Assembly: GCA_965223795.1 (NCBI GenBank)
Contig: CBDCXL010000002.1
Location: forward strand, 2,308,030-2,372,029
Reading direction: 5' to 3'
Source of the DNA: Nitrospinales bacterium
GTDB taxonomy: Bacteria; Nitrospinota; Nitrospinia; Nitrospinales; VA-1
Length of the DNA stretch: 64,000 nucleotides
Shown: one piece after another, positions 28,812-37,825 of the stretch
Numbering within the stretch: position 1 is the stretch's first letter
How the letters are laid out: each line of letters opens with the position of its first letter
Notes under the pieces: generated by a model
Told to the model about the DNA's origin: nothing
Databases searched by the model: none
Seen by the model: the letters and a program-made list of their open reading frames with translations, nothing else
Position numbers and translations under genes: made by a program

Positions 28812-29579
28812 CTATCTCCATCGTTGCGAATCCAGCACCCGGTGGGTGAGAAACAGGGTGAACAGCGTGAACGTGATGTAGTACACCAGATCGCTGGTGT
28901 CCACCATGCCTTTGAGGAAACGGTCGACGTGGTCGATCAGGGAAAGGTAGGTGAGCGCTTCCGCCACGCCAGGTCCGGAGGACTGGGCGGCCCAGCCGAT
29001 GATCCACATGAATAAGGACAGGCCGAAAGCGATCACGCCGGCGATGATCTGGTTTTCGGTGAGCGAGGAAGCGAAGATCCCCATGCCCACGAAGCAGCCC
29101 GCCATCAGCAGGATGCCCAGGTAGCCGGTGACGATCGGGCCGATTTCCGGTTCGCCCAGAATGATCAGAAACCAGACTCCGTAGGAGGACAAAAGCACCA
29201 TGACCGTCACCACCGCCATGCAGGCGAGGAACTTGCCGAACACGATCTCGCGCAGGTGCACCGGCGACGACGCCAGCAGGGTGAAGGTCTTGAGTTTTTT
29301 CTCTTCCGCGAAGCTGCGCATGGTGATCACCGGAATGATGAGCAAGAGGATCACCAGCATGTTGTGAAAAGCGGGCTCGATGACGATGTCGTTCAGGTTC
29401 AGGCCGACGTTCATGCCCTGAAAGCGGCTGGCCTGCACGCTCTGCATGCTGAAAAAGCTCAGGATGTTGAAAAAGATCCAGCTGTTGATGAAGAGGAACA
29501 CGGTGGTGACCACGTAGAACACCGGCGAGCCGAAGTACGACCCCATGTCCCGTTTGGCGATGACCCACGCGTTGCGCAT
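28812..29579 (-). CDS. ABC-2-type transporter permease (GldF-like)
   Basis: 255 aa with six predicted hydrophobic segments. The N-terminus is MRNAWVIAKRDMGSYFGSPVFYVV. Confidence 0.85.
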   Translation of the reverse strand: MRNAWVIAKRDMGSYFGSPVFYVVTTVFLFINSWIFFNILSFFSMQSVQASRFQGMNVGLNLNDIVIEPAFHNMLVILLLIIPVITMRSFAEEKKLKTFTLLASSPVHLREIVFGKFLACMAVVTVMVLLSSYGVWFLIILGEPEIGPIVTGYLGILLMAGCFVGMGIFASSLTENQIIAGVIAFGLSLFMWIIGWAAQSSGPGVAEALTYLSLIDHVDRFLKGMVDTSDLVYYITFTLFTLFLTHRVLDSQRWR

Positions 29580-29590
29580 GCTGGTTTCCT

Positions 29591-30535
29591 CTATTCGTGT
29601 TTGGCTTCGACTTCTTTTTCCTCAAGCGTGAGCTTGAGGAAAATGTCTTCGAGCGTCATGGACAAGGGTTTCAACTCATCGATCCCCCATTGATTGTCGA
29701 GCGCGAGGCGGGCCACCTCGTCCTGCAGGTGTGCGTTGATCTCGCATTCGAGCACGTACTGCTGCGGGTGATCGGACTGCACCGAACGCACGTTGGGAAG
29801 ATTCTGCAGGGTCTCGGCGATGTTGCCGGAACCGTTCCGCACTTTCAGAAAAAGCCGTTCGCTCTTGTTCAAAGACGCCGTCAGGCCGTCGAGAGAATCG
29901 ACCGCGGCGATCTCGCCTTCGTTGATGATGATCACGCGCTTGCAGATCTGCGTGATCTCGGGAAGGATGTGCGAACTCAGGATGATGGTGTGCGCCGCGG
30001 CGAGCTCCTGGATCAGCTTGCGGATCTCGATGATCTGGATCGGGTCCAGCCCGATGGTGGGTTCGTCGAGGATGAGGATGTCCGGGTTGTGGATCATGGA
30101 CTGGGCCAGGCCGACGCGCTGCTGGAATCCCTTGGACAGCCGGCCGATGAGGCGGCCGCGCACGTCCTTTAAGACGCATTTTTCCACCACGCGGTCGATG
30201 CTCTGCTGGATCTTGTTTCCCGGAACCTGGCGCAGCCCCGCCGCGAACGCGAGATAACGGGAAACGGTCATGTCGGGATAGAGCGGTGGATTTTCCGGCA
30301 GGTATCCGATCATTTTCCTGATTTCCAGCGACTGCTCGAACACATCGTGGCCGCCGATTTTCACCGAACCTTCGGATGCGGGCAGGATGCAGGCGAGGAT
30401 GTTCATGGTGGTGGATTTGCCGGCGCCGTTGGGGCCGAGAAAACCCACCACTTCACCTTTGTCGATGCGGAACGTGAGACCCTTTATGGCCGGACGCGGG
30501 CCGTAAAATTTCGTCAGGTTCTGGACTTCAATCAT
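29591..30535 (-). CDS. ABC transporter ATP-binding protein (GldA-like)
   Basis: Walker A is GPNGAGKST, the signature is LSKGFQQR and Walker B is ILILDEP. Confidence 0.95.
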   Translation of the reverse strand: MIEVQNLTKFYGPRPAIKGLTFRIDKGEVVGFLGPNGAGKSTTMNILACILPASEGSVKIGGHDVFEQSLEIRKMIGYLPENPPLYPDMTVSRYLAFAAGLRQVPGNKIQQSIDRVVEKCVLKDVRGRLIGRLSKGFQQRVGLAQSMIHNPDILILDEPTIGLDPIQIIEIRKLIQELAAAHTIILSSHILPEITQICKRVIIINEGEIAAVDSLDGLTASLNKSERLFLKVRNGSGNIAETLQNLPNVRSVQSDHPQQYVLECEINAHLQDEVARLALDNQWGIDELKPLSMTLEDIFLKLTLEEKEVEAKHE

Positions 30536-30719
30536 GCATCGGCTCCGGCGGTGAAATTACGGTGGACTCGGAAAAAAAATTAAACGAAATCAATATAAGG
30601 AAGAACCACAGAATGCAGAATTGAAGTGGGAGATTTCGTTAAAAAAAATAGCATACAGCCTGATTTTTTTTCAATTAAAAAATTTTAATGGCACGCGGGT
30701 TGACCCCGTCGCGGTGCGC

Positions 30720-31370
30720 TCAAACCCGGAACAGCCCCCAGATCCACAGCGCATAAAAAACAACGAATCCACCCGTGAGCGCCCAGCCGGGCCGGGGTTT
30801 CAAGGCGCCGCTTTTAGTCACAGCGAGGACAATGAACAACACGGCGCAGAGCACCCAACCGAAGAATCCCACTTCCGCCAGCACCGCCCAGCCGGGCCGC
30901 GGCGATCTTTCTTCGCTGAGCCGCGAGAGGTTCTGTGCCTTTCTCTGTTCGAAGGTCAGTTCCTGTTCAGACGGCGAGGAAGGCGGCGCCTTCGCCATCA
31001 GCGCCGCGATTTTTTCATTGCACTTTGCGATCCAGTGTTTGCCCGGCGTGAACACGCTGCGCGTCGAGTAGAAAGCGCTGCGCAACAGCCGGTAGGCATC
31101 CAGCGCCTGCTGCGGTTCGCCCGCGGCCTCATGGGCCTCGGCGATGCGCCACAGTCCTGCAGCGGCCCGGTCCGTGACGTCGAGACCGGGCAGGTACCAG
31201 TGGATGGCGCGTTCGTAGTGCGGCACCGCTTCGGCGTATTTTTTTTCACCGGCCAGTTGCTCGGCCAGCCGGAATTCGTCGTGGGCGCTGCTGTAAATTT
31301 TGATCACCGTGGTCACAAGCAGGATGCCGATGATGAGACCGATCCAGAGCGTTGCGTTTTTTGGGTTCAT
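30720..31370 (-). CDS. Membrane protein with TPR-like central region
   Basis: The product has an N-terminal transmembrane segment, a helical repeat (YAEAVPHYERAIHWY...EPQQALDAYRLL) and two C-terminal transmembrane segments. The start overlaps the upstream stop (ATGA). Confidence 0.6.
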   Translation of the reverse strand: MNPKNATLWIGLIIGILLVTTVIKIYSSAHDEFRLAEQLAGEKKYAEAVPHYERAIHWYLPGLDVTDRAAAGLWRIAEAHEAAGEPQQALDAYRLLRSAFYSTRSVFTPGKHWIAKCNEKIAALMAKAPPSSPSEQELTFEQRKAQNLSRLSEERSPRPGWAVLAEVGFFGWVLCAVLFIVLAVTKSGALKPRPGWALTGGFVVFYALWIWGLFRV

Positions 31371-32404
31371 GTCAGTTTGATGCGCTGTCCTTTATTCTGC
31401 GCGGAACGGTAAATGGAAAGGATGACGTTCAAGGCCCTGAGGCCGTCCTTGCCCGAGGAAGCGGGCGGTGTTCCCCTGCGGATGCTGGCGACCAGGTCGC
31501 GGGCGCCGCCGATGAAAGGACTGACGTCCTTTCGGGGGGCGGGAAACGGAACGGGTTTGAGTTCGGTGAAGCCGGTGAAGCGTTTGCTCTTTTTCGCGAG
31601 ATGCAGCTGCCGGCCGTCGTTGCCGATCATCAGACGACCTTCGGAGCCCTGGATGTCGAGCTCGAAATTGAAATAGTTGCGGGCGCCGCCGCCTTCGATG
31701 AATCCCATCGCCCCGCTTTTGAAACGGAGCAGGGCGCAGGCGGTCTCCTCGATGTGGTTTTTGCCGTGCGGCCAGACGGCGTGGCCGGACACCCAGTCGA
31801 TGGGTCCGCCAAAGTATAACAGAAGGTCGGTCAAATGGGTGCCGTCGTGAAACAGGGGACCGCCGCCGTGCACGTCGCGCGGCCGTTTGCCCGGCTTCCA
31901 GCTCAAGGCGTTGCCGACGATGGTGCGCACCTCGCCGATGCGGCCGCTTTGAATGAGGGCGCGCGCCTTGTTGTACCAGGGGTCGAATCGGCGTTCGTGG
32001 TTGACGCTCAGGACCACGTTGTTTTTCTCACAGACGCGGACCATTTTGCGGGCGTCTTTCAGGTTGTTGGCGATGGGTTTTTCGCAGTAGATGCCGCGCA
32101 CGCCCGAACGGGCCGCATCGAGAGTCAGGGCCGCGTGCAGGTGGGTCCAGGCGGCGACACAGACAATGTCGAGGTCTTCCTGCCGGAGCATTTCTTTGTG
32201 ATCGGTGTACAGGTTGGGCACGTTGAAGCGTTTGCCGAAGCGTTTGAGCCGCTCGGTGTCGATGTCGCAGGCGGCGGCGATGGCGACCGAGGGCAGGGCG
32301 GCAAAGCCGCCGGCATGGGTGCAGGGTTTGCCGCGCAGCGGATCGTCCTCCAGCAGCGCGCCGATTCTGCCGCAGCCGATCAGACCCAGTTTCAGTTTTT
32401 TCAT
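31367..32404 (-). CDS. Gfo/Idh/MocA-family NAD(P)-dependent oxidoreductase
   Basis: The Rossmann motif is LKLGLIGCGRIG and EKP is present (IYCEKPIA). This is the typical sugar/nucleotide-sugar dehydrogenase fold. Confidence 0.9.
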   Translation of the reverse strand: MKKLKLGLIGCGRIGALLEDDPLRGKPCTHAGGFAALPSVAIAAACDIDTERLKRFGKRFNVPNLYTDHKEMLRQEDLDIVCVAAWTHLHAALTLDAARSGVRGIYCEKPIANNLKDARKMVRVCEKNNVVLSVNHERRFDPWYNKARALIQSGRIGEVRTIVGNALSWKPGKRPRDVHGGGPLFHDGTHLTDLLLYFGGPIDWVSGHAVWPHGKNHIEETACALLRFKSGAMGFIEGGGARNYFNFELDIQGSEGRLMIGNDGRQLHLAKKSKRFTGFTELKPVPFPAPRKDVSPFIGGARDLVASIRRGTPPASSGKDGLRALNVILSIYRSAQNKGQRIKLT

Positions 32405-32608
32405 GCCGTGTCCAAAGATTTGAAGGGCGGTGGTGTGGGCGTGCCCTGGATGCTGCCGCTGGATTCTGTGACGGGACTTTGCCGGTCTGGAAGTGAAACG
32501 CGTTCGGAGGATTGAAACGATCCAGACTCCGGTGGTGGCAGGAGTATAACACTTCCCGTGCGCGGATGCGGAAAGGATTTTATCCCCGTTTCGGGCCGTT
32601 TCGGGTGC

Positions 32609-32644
32609 TGAAAAGAAAAGACACGCCCGCGGGCGGGCGTGTCT
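32609..32644 (-). terminator. Rho-independent terminator downstream of flagellin 1
   Basis: The 10-bp GC-rich stem AGACACGCCC/GGGCGTGTCT (32619-32644) is followed on the minus strand by TTTCTTTT. Confidence 0.65.
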
Positions 32645-32676
32645 TCGTTGTGTGCCTTGCGCTGGCGGGCGCCGCG

Positions 32677-33525
32677 TCAGAGAAGGGTCAGCACCGCCTG
32701 CGGCGTGAGATTGGACTGGCTCACCATGGCGGAACCGGCCTGCACCAGGATCTGGTTTTTGGTCAGCTCGGCGAGTTCCACCGCCAGGTCCGCGTCCTTG
32801 ATGGTGGTCAGGGCGTCGGTCAGCCCCTCGATCGTCACATTCAGGTTGTTCAGCGCCCGGGCGACCCGGTTCTGGGTGGCGCCGACCCGGCCGCGGATTT
32901 CGTTGAGAATGTCGATGGCGTCGGTCAGCGCGCCGAGAGCCTCAAACGCATCCGCCTGGGTGACGATGGTTTCATTGTCGATGCCCAGCGATTCGGCGGT
33001 CACCTCGGTGAGGTTGATCGCCTGATTGAGGTTGATGCGGCTGTCGGAGGTGGAGTCCAGCCCGACCTGAATCACGATGTTCTGCGATGCGCCGGCGGCG
33101 AGGGAACCGTCGATCAGTTTCTGGCCGTTGAACTCGGTGGTGTTGGCGATGCGGTCGAGCTCTTCGCGGAGCGCGTCGAATTCCAGCTGGATGGTCTCCC
33201 GCTCGGTGCGGCCGATGGTGCCGGTGGCCGCCTGGGATGCCAGCTCGCGCAGGCGGATGAGGATGCCCGCCTGCTCGCTCAAAGCGCCGTCCGCGCTGTT
33301 GATCAGCGCCTTGCCGTCGTTGAGGTTTTTCGCTCCCTGCTTGAGAGCCTGGACGTCGGAGGTCAATCCTTCGGAGATGGCGAGGCCGGCCGCATCGTCG
33401 GAACTTTTGGTGATGCGGATGCCGGACGCGATGCGGGAAATCGAACGGCCCAGCTGCGACCGGTTGGACTCGAGCGCCCGCTGCGAATTCAATGAGGATA
33501 CGTTGGTGAATATTTTGAGTGACAT
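32677..33525 (-). CDS. Flagellin (divergent paralogue, 282 aa)
   Basis: The conserved N-terminal D0/D1 region is NVSSLNSQRALESN...RIASGIRITKSSDDAAGLAISEGL and the C-terminal region is ELTKNQILVQAGSAMVSQSNLTPQAVLTLL. There is no large variable domain. Confidence 0.95.
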   Translation of the reverse strand: MSLKIFTNVSSLNSQRALESNRSQLGRSISRIASGIRITKSSDDAAGLAISEGLTSDVQALKQGAKNLNDGKALINSADGALSEQAGILIRLRELASQAATGTIGRTERETIQLEFDALREELDRIANTTEFNGQKLIDGSLAAGASQNIVIQVGLDSTSDSRINLNQAINLTEVTAESLGIDNETIVTQADAFEALGALTDAIDILNEIRGRVGATQNRVARALNNLNVTIEGLTDALTTIKDADLAVELAELTKNQILVQAGSAMVSQSNLTPQAVLTLL

Positions 33526-33610
33526 TCTTTTCCTCCCTGAAAAGATTCAAGCCACAATATTTTTTTATCCGATGAGCTTCTGCCGTGTGGTGTCCGGCGG
33601 ATTCTCCCGT

Positions 33611-34468
33611 TTACTGGAGCAGCTGCAGCACCGACTGCGGGATCAGGTTGGCCTGACCCACCATGGCCGTGGCCGCCTGCACCAGAATCTGGTTCCGGGT
33701 CAGAAGCGCGACTTCTTCCGCGATGTCGGCATCGCGGATGGCGGATTCCGCTGCGGACAGGTTTTCCACCGAAATCGACAGGTTGGCGATGGTGCGCACC
33801 AGCCGGTTCTGCACCGCGCCCACTTTACCGCGGCCCTGGGTGACGATGGAAATCGAGTTGTTCAGCAGGTCCAGCGCGGTCAGCGCGGCGCCGGCGGTGG
33901 TCACGCTCAACACGTCGATACCGAGGCTCGAGGCGGTGATGGCCTGCAGGTTGACCTCGGTGTTGAGGTTGATGCGGCTGTCGGTGGTCGCGTCGATGCC
34001 CACCTGGATCAGAATCTGATTGGTGAAGGCGACCGACGAGGCCAGCGAGCCGTCCACCAGTTTCTGGCCGTTGAACTCGGTGGTGGCGGCGATGCGGTCG
34101 ATTTCGGACCTGAGCGCGTCGAATTCCAGCTGAATGGTCTGCCGCTCGGTGGAACCGACGGTTCCGGTGGCGGCCTGGGAGGAGAGTTCGCGCAGACGGA
34201 TGAGAATACCCGACTGCTCGTTGAGCGCGCCTTCGGTGACGTTGATGAGGGAGATGCCGTCGTTGGCGTTGCGGATGGCCTGCCTGAGGGCGCGGATGTC
34301 CGAACGCAGCGCTTCGGAAATGGCGAGCCCGGCGGCGTCGTCGGCGCCGCGGTTGATGCGGATGCCGGACGCGATGCGCTCGACCGAGATGGCCAGCCTG
34401 TCGTTGTTGATGCCCAATATGCGCTGGGCATTGAGGGAGGGGATGTTGTTAAAGATTCTTATCGGCAT
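33611..34468 (-). CDS. Flagellin (285 aa, member of a near-identical trio)
   Basis: MPIRIFNNIPSLNAQRILGINNDRL...GADDAAGLAISEAL...LTRNQILVQAATAMVGQANLIPQSVLQLLQ supports the call. Confidence 0.95.
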   Translation of the reverse strand: MPIRIFNNIPSLNAQRILGINNDRLAISVERIASGIRINRGADDAAGLAISEALRSDIRALRQAIRNANDGISLINVTEGALNEQSGILIRLRELSSQAATGTVGSTERQTIQLEFDALRSEIDRIAATTEFNGQKLVDGSLASSVAFTNQILIQVGIDATTDSRINLNTEVNLQAITASSLGIDVLSVTTAGAALTALDLLNNSISIVTQGRGKVGAVQNRLVRTIANLSISVENLSAAESAIRDADIAEEVALLTRNQILVQAATAMVGQANLIPQSVLQLLQ

Positions 34469-34640
34469 GTGCCTAATCCTCCTTGATTATTGAAACAATC
34501 ACTTGCCTAGCCCCAGCTTCCTTGCTGGAGCCTGCCTGCTAATATCATCGGATGGGGTGTTTTTTTCGGGGCAACCTCCAAATGCAGATGGATGACGTGT
34601 TTCTTCCGGTCGTTTTGCAAGAGCAATGCAACTTTTGGTT

Positions 34641-34668
34641 GTATCGGGATTTTGAAAAATTACCTTTA
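34641..34668 (-). promoter_or_regulatory. Sigma-28 (FliA)-type promoter candidate for flagellin 33611..34468
   Basis: The minus strand reads TAAA-N16-CCCGATAC, against the consensus TAAA-N15-GCCGATAA. It lies ~170 nt upstream of the ATG. Confidence 0.5.
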
Positions 34669-34765
34669 AGGCTTTTTTCCCGGCTGGAACGGCGTCAGGG
34701 GAAGGGGAGGGCGGTGGGCGGTGCGGCGGTGCGGCGGCGCGCTGCAACGCGGCCGGTTGCGGGGA

Positions 34766-34796
34766 GCAAAAAAAAGCGCCTCCGGGGAGGAGGCGC
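34766..34796 (-). terminator. Rho-independent terminator downstream of flaG
   Basis: The hairpin GCGCCTCC-gggga-GGAGGCGC is flanked by an A8 run on the plus strand, which is a U-tract on the minus transcript. Confidence 0.65.
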
Positions 34797-34845
34797 TTTC
34801 GTTTTGCGTGTGCTTTCAAAGAGCACGCAAGAGCTTCAATAAAAC

Positions 34846-35175
34846 TTATGCGAACTCATTGAAGAAATCCCCTGGGGAGGGAGCGGGACGATTTTTCACC
34901 AGGGAAAAATCGTCCCGAGGAATCTGAACCACGATTTCCCCGGTTTTTGCGTTGATCACCTGGACGATCAATTCCTGAGAATCGTGATCTACCTGGAAAT
35001 CCACTTTCCGGTTCATCGTTCGTGTCAGATGGCCGTTTTCCTCCACCAGGATTTTATCCGGATGCGGCTTGCCGGAATCGGCCGAGCTGGATTCGTTTCC
35101 GGATGTTTTGAGACTCAAAGGCTTCTTAGGCGGAGGCCTAGGCACCGCCACATCCAGAGAAACTTTCAAAGACAT
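34846..35175 (-). CDS. flaG: FlaG-family flagellar protein
   Basis: ATG at 35175 sits behind GGAGGTGA. The C-terminal half, KVDFQVDHDSQELIVQVINAKTGEIVVQIPRDDF, matches the FlaG pattern. The gene starts 53 nt downstream of a flagellin stop. Confidence 0.75.
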   Translation of the reverse strand: MSLKVSLDVAVPRPPPKKPLSLKTSGNESSSADSGKPHPDKILVEENGHLTRTMNRKVDFQVDHDSQELIVQVINAKTGEIVVQIPRDDFSLVKNRPAPSPGDFFNEFA

Positions 35176-35228
35176 GCGGATCACCTCCAGAAACACTTTA
35201 AAATTTATAATCAGTTAAGGGGTATACC

Positions 35229-36086
35229 TTAACCTAAAAGCTGAAGTACGGACTGCGGCAGCAAGTTGGCCTGTCCGACCATGGATGTCGCCGACTGCAC
35301 CAGAATCTGGTTCCGGGTCAGGGTGGCGACTTCCTCCGCGATGTCGGCATCGCGGATGGCGGATTCTGCGGCCTGCAGGTTTTCCACCGTGATGGACAGA
35401 TTGCCGATGGTGCGCACCAGCCGGTTCTGCACCGCACCCACCGCGCCGCGGCCCGCCGTGACGATGGCGATGGCGGAGTTGATGGTGTCGAGCGCGGTCA
35501 ACGCGTTGCCGGCCGTGGTGACGCTCAGACCCTCGATACCGAGGCTGGTGGAGGTGATGGCCTGCAGGTTCACCTCGGTGTTCAGGTTGATGCGGCTGTC
35601 CGAGCTGCTGTCGATGCCGACCTGAATCAGGATCTGATTTGCAGAGGCGACCGAAGAAGAGAGCGAGCCGTCGACCAGTTTCTGGCCGTTGAACTCGGTG
35701 GTGGCCGCGATGCGGTCGATCTCATTCCTGAGAGCGGTGAACTCGAGCTGGATGGTGGCGCGCTCTGTGGAACCGACGGTACCGGTGGCGGCCTGGGAGG
35801 AAAGCTCCCGCAGACGGATGAGAATCCCCGACTGCTCGTTGAGCGCACCTTCGGTGACGTTGATCAGAGAGATGCCGTCGTTTGAGTTGCGGACGGCCTG
35901 CCTCAGTGCCCGGATGTCGGAGCGGAGTGCTTCTGAAATGGCGAGCCCGGCGGCGTCGTCGGCGCCGCGGTTGATGCGGATACCGGATGCGATCCGTTCT
36001 ACCGATTGCGCCAGGCGGTCGTTGTTGATGCCCAATATGCGCTGGGCATTGAGCGAAGGAATATTGTTGAAGATTCGAACTGGCAT
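35229..36086 (-). CDS. Flagellin (285 aa)
   Basis: MPVRIFNNIPSLNAQRILGINNDRLAQSVERIASGIRINRGADDAAGLAISEAL... supports the call. It aligns without gaps to ORFs 33611..34468 and 36709..37566. Confidence 0.95.
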   Translation of the reverse strand: MPVRIFNNIPSLNAQRILGINNDRLAQSVERIASGIRINRGADDAAGLAISEALRSDIRALRQAVRNSNDGISLINVTEGALNEQSGILIRLRELSSQAATGTVGSTERATIQLEFTALRNEIDRIAATTEFNGQKLVDGSLSSSVASANQILIQVGIDSSSDSRINLNTEVNLQAITSTSLGIEGLSVTTAGNALTALDTINSAIAIVTAGRGAVGAVQNRLVRTIGNLSITVENLQAAESAIRDADIAEEVATLTRNQILVQSATSMVGQANLLPQSVLQLLG

Positions 36087-36282
36087 TGCCTCATCCTCCT
36101 TGATGTATGATTGTCGTCAGGGTTATTGTTTTGGCCTCCATACCAAAACAAGCCTCCAAGCTTTAACCCTTGAGTGGAGAATCCCTTTCCCCACCCTGAA
36201 ACATTCGTTTCCGGTCACCTCCTTGATTTTAAAATTGTTATCAAAATTCCGCGAAATGCGGCACAACTTCCCTCAATCAGGC

Positions 36283-36309
36283 CTATCGGACGGAGCGAGA
36301 TGAACTTTA
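36283..36309 (-). promoter_or_regulatory. Sigma-28-type promoter candidate for flagellin 35229..36086
   Basis: The minus strand reads TAAAGTTC-N11-TCCGATAG (TAAA-N15-TCCGATAG). It lies ~195 nt upstream of the ATG. Confidence 0.6.
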
Positions 36310-36669
36310 ACGATTTGTCCGGGAAAAATGCTGCGGTGAAACTCGGAGGTACGGTGACAGACGGGGTGGGGAAGAAACAACGAGCGGTATTTTAGGGAAT
36401 TTCGCGGGGGACGGGAGGCTGAGAAAAAGCGGTGTGAAAAGGGACCCAGAAACGCCCGGCCTCTCCTAAGATCGCGCTTTGTGCGGGGAGAATGAGGGCG
36501 CTGGCTTGGGAAAAGGTTCGGGCCGCCCGGAACGGGCGCGGTTTCTGGGTCCCAACAAGGCTTCGCAGCGTGCGCGGGCCGTGCGTTGCGACCGGCCCGG
36601 ATTGCTGTCGTGCTGCGATATGTCTGAGGAGCGGGGGATTTGTGTGGCCATCATTTGAGATCGCCTCCA

Positions 36670-36698
36670 GGCCGGGACGCGGAATCGCGATCCCGGCC
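36670..36698 (-). terminator. GC-rich stem-loop immediately downstream of flagellin 36709..37566
   Basis: GGCCGGGA...TCCCGGCC contains an inner CGCG/CGCG pairing. There is no clear U-tract, so terminator function is uncertain. Confidence 0.4.
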
Positions 36699-36708
36699 TG
36701 AGAATGGA

Positions 36709-37566
36709 TCAGCCTAAGAGCTGAAGGACGGATTGCGGCAGCAGGTTCGCCTGTCCCACCGCGGAGGTTGCGGTCTGCACCAGGATCTGGTTCCGTGTCA
36801 GCGTGGCCACTTCTTCGGCAATGTCGGCGTCGCGGATGGCGGATTCTGCGGCCTGCAGGTTTTCCACGGAAATCGACAGGTTGCCGATGGTGCGCACCAG
36901 CCGGTTCTGCACCGCACCGATGGCGCCGCGGGAGGCGGTGACCGAAGCGATGGCGGTGTTGATGGTGTCGAGTGCGGTCAGCGCGTTGCCGGCGGTGGTG
37001 ACGCTGAGTGAGTCGATCGACAGCGTCGTGGAAGTGACGGCGGTCAGGTTCACCTCGGTGTTGAGGTTGATGCGGCTGTCGGCGGAGCTGTCGATGCCGA
37101 CCTGAATGAGGATCTGGTTCGCGGAGGTGACCGAGGACGCCAGCGAGCCGTCGACCAGTTTCTGGCCGTTGAACTCGGTGGTCGCCGCGATGCGGTCGAT
37201 TTCGTTTCTGAGCGCCGAGAACTCAAGCTGAATGGTGGCGCGCTCGGTGGAGCCGACGGTTCCCGTGGCTGCCTGGGAAGCGAGTTCCCGCAGGCGGATG
37301 AGGATGCCGGACTGCTCGTTCAAGGCACCTTCCGCTACGTTGATGAGCGAGATGCCGTCGTTTGAGTTACGGACGGCCTGCCTCAGTGCCCGGATGTCGG
37401 AGCGGAGTGCTTCTGAAATGGCGAGCCCGGCGGCGTCGTCGGCGCCGCGGTTGATGCGGATACCGGATGCGATCCGTTCCACCGATTGCGCTAGGCGGTC
37501 GTTGTTGATGCCCAGGATACGCTGGGCATTGAGTGAAGCGATGTTGTTGAAAATTCGTATTGGCAT
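36709..37566 (-). CDS. Flagellin (285 aa)
   Basis: MPIRIFNNIASLNAQRILGINNDRLAQSVERIASGIRINRGADDAAGLAISEAL...QANLLPQSVLQLLG supports the call. Confidence 0.95.
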   Translation of the reverse strand: MPIRIFNNIASLNAQRILGINNDRLAQSVERIASGIRINRGADDAAGLAISEALRSDIRALRQAVRNSNDGISLINVAEGALNEQSGILIRLRELASQAATGTVGSTERATIQLEFSALRNEIDRIAATTEFNGQKLVDGSLASSVTSANQILIQVGIDSSADSRINLNTEVNLTAVTSTTLSIDSLSVTTAGNALTALDTINTAIASVTASRGAIGAVQNRLVRTIGNLSISVENLQAAESAIRDADIAEEVATLTRNQILVQTATSAVGQANLLPQSVLQLLG

Positions 37567-37773
37567 CCCCTAATCCTCCACCAAGAGTTGGAAACGTGTT
37601 TACAATCTGTTTTATTAAAAGGTGTTGCGTGCCCCCGAGGTCTTTGTTTATCGTGGCCGGCCTCAGAATCCACGCAAAATTCCTTAAGCTTTAATTTCAA
37701 TCTGCCGTTCTGGTAAATAAGTTGGGTTATTGGGAAACCCTTGAATTTCAAAAACTTCCCAACTCAATTTTGC

Positions 37774-37800
37774 TTATCGGCAGCCGGAATTAGAACTTTA
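37774..37800 (-). promoter_or_regulatory. Sigma-28-type promoter for flagellin 36709..37566
   Basis: The minus strand reads TAAAGTTC-TAATTCCGGCT-GCCGATAA. This is an exact TAAA-N15-GCCGATAA, ~205 nt upstream of the ATG. Confidence 0.75.
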
Positions 37801-37825
37801 ATGTAAATCTAAGATTTTGTTGATA

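Noticed and set aside
33526-33610. I searched the 85-nt gap upstream of the divergent flagellin (32677..33525) for its own sigma-28 promoter. TCGGATAA is present on the minus strand.
   Set aside because: No TAAA lies 15-16 nt upstream, and the nearest one is ~37 nt away, inside the stop-codon region. No terminator is present in the gap either. Read-through from the upstream flagellin gene is the simpler reading.
34458-34465. A perfect GCCGATAA (minus strand) that could be taken as another sigma-28 -10 box.
   Set aside because: It is the start of the flagellin coding sequence itself (ATG CCG ATA AGA = MPIR). No TAAA lies at the right distance, and nothing downstream needs a promoter.
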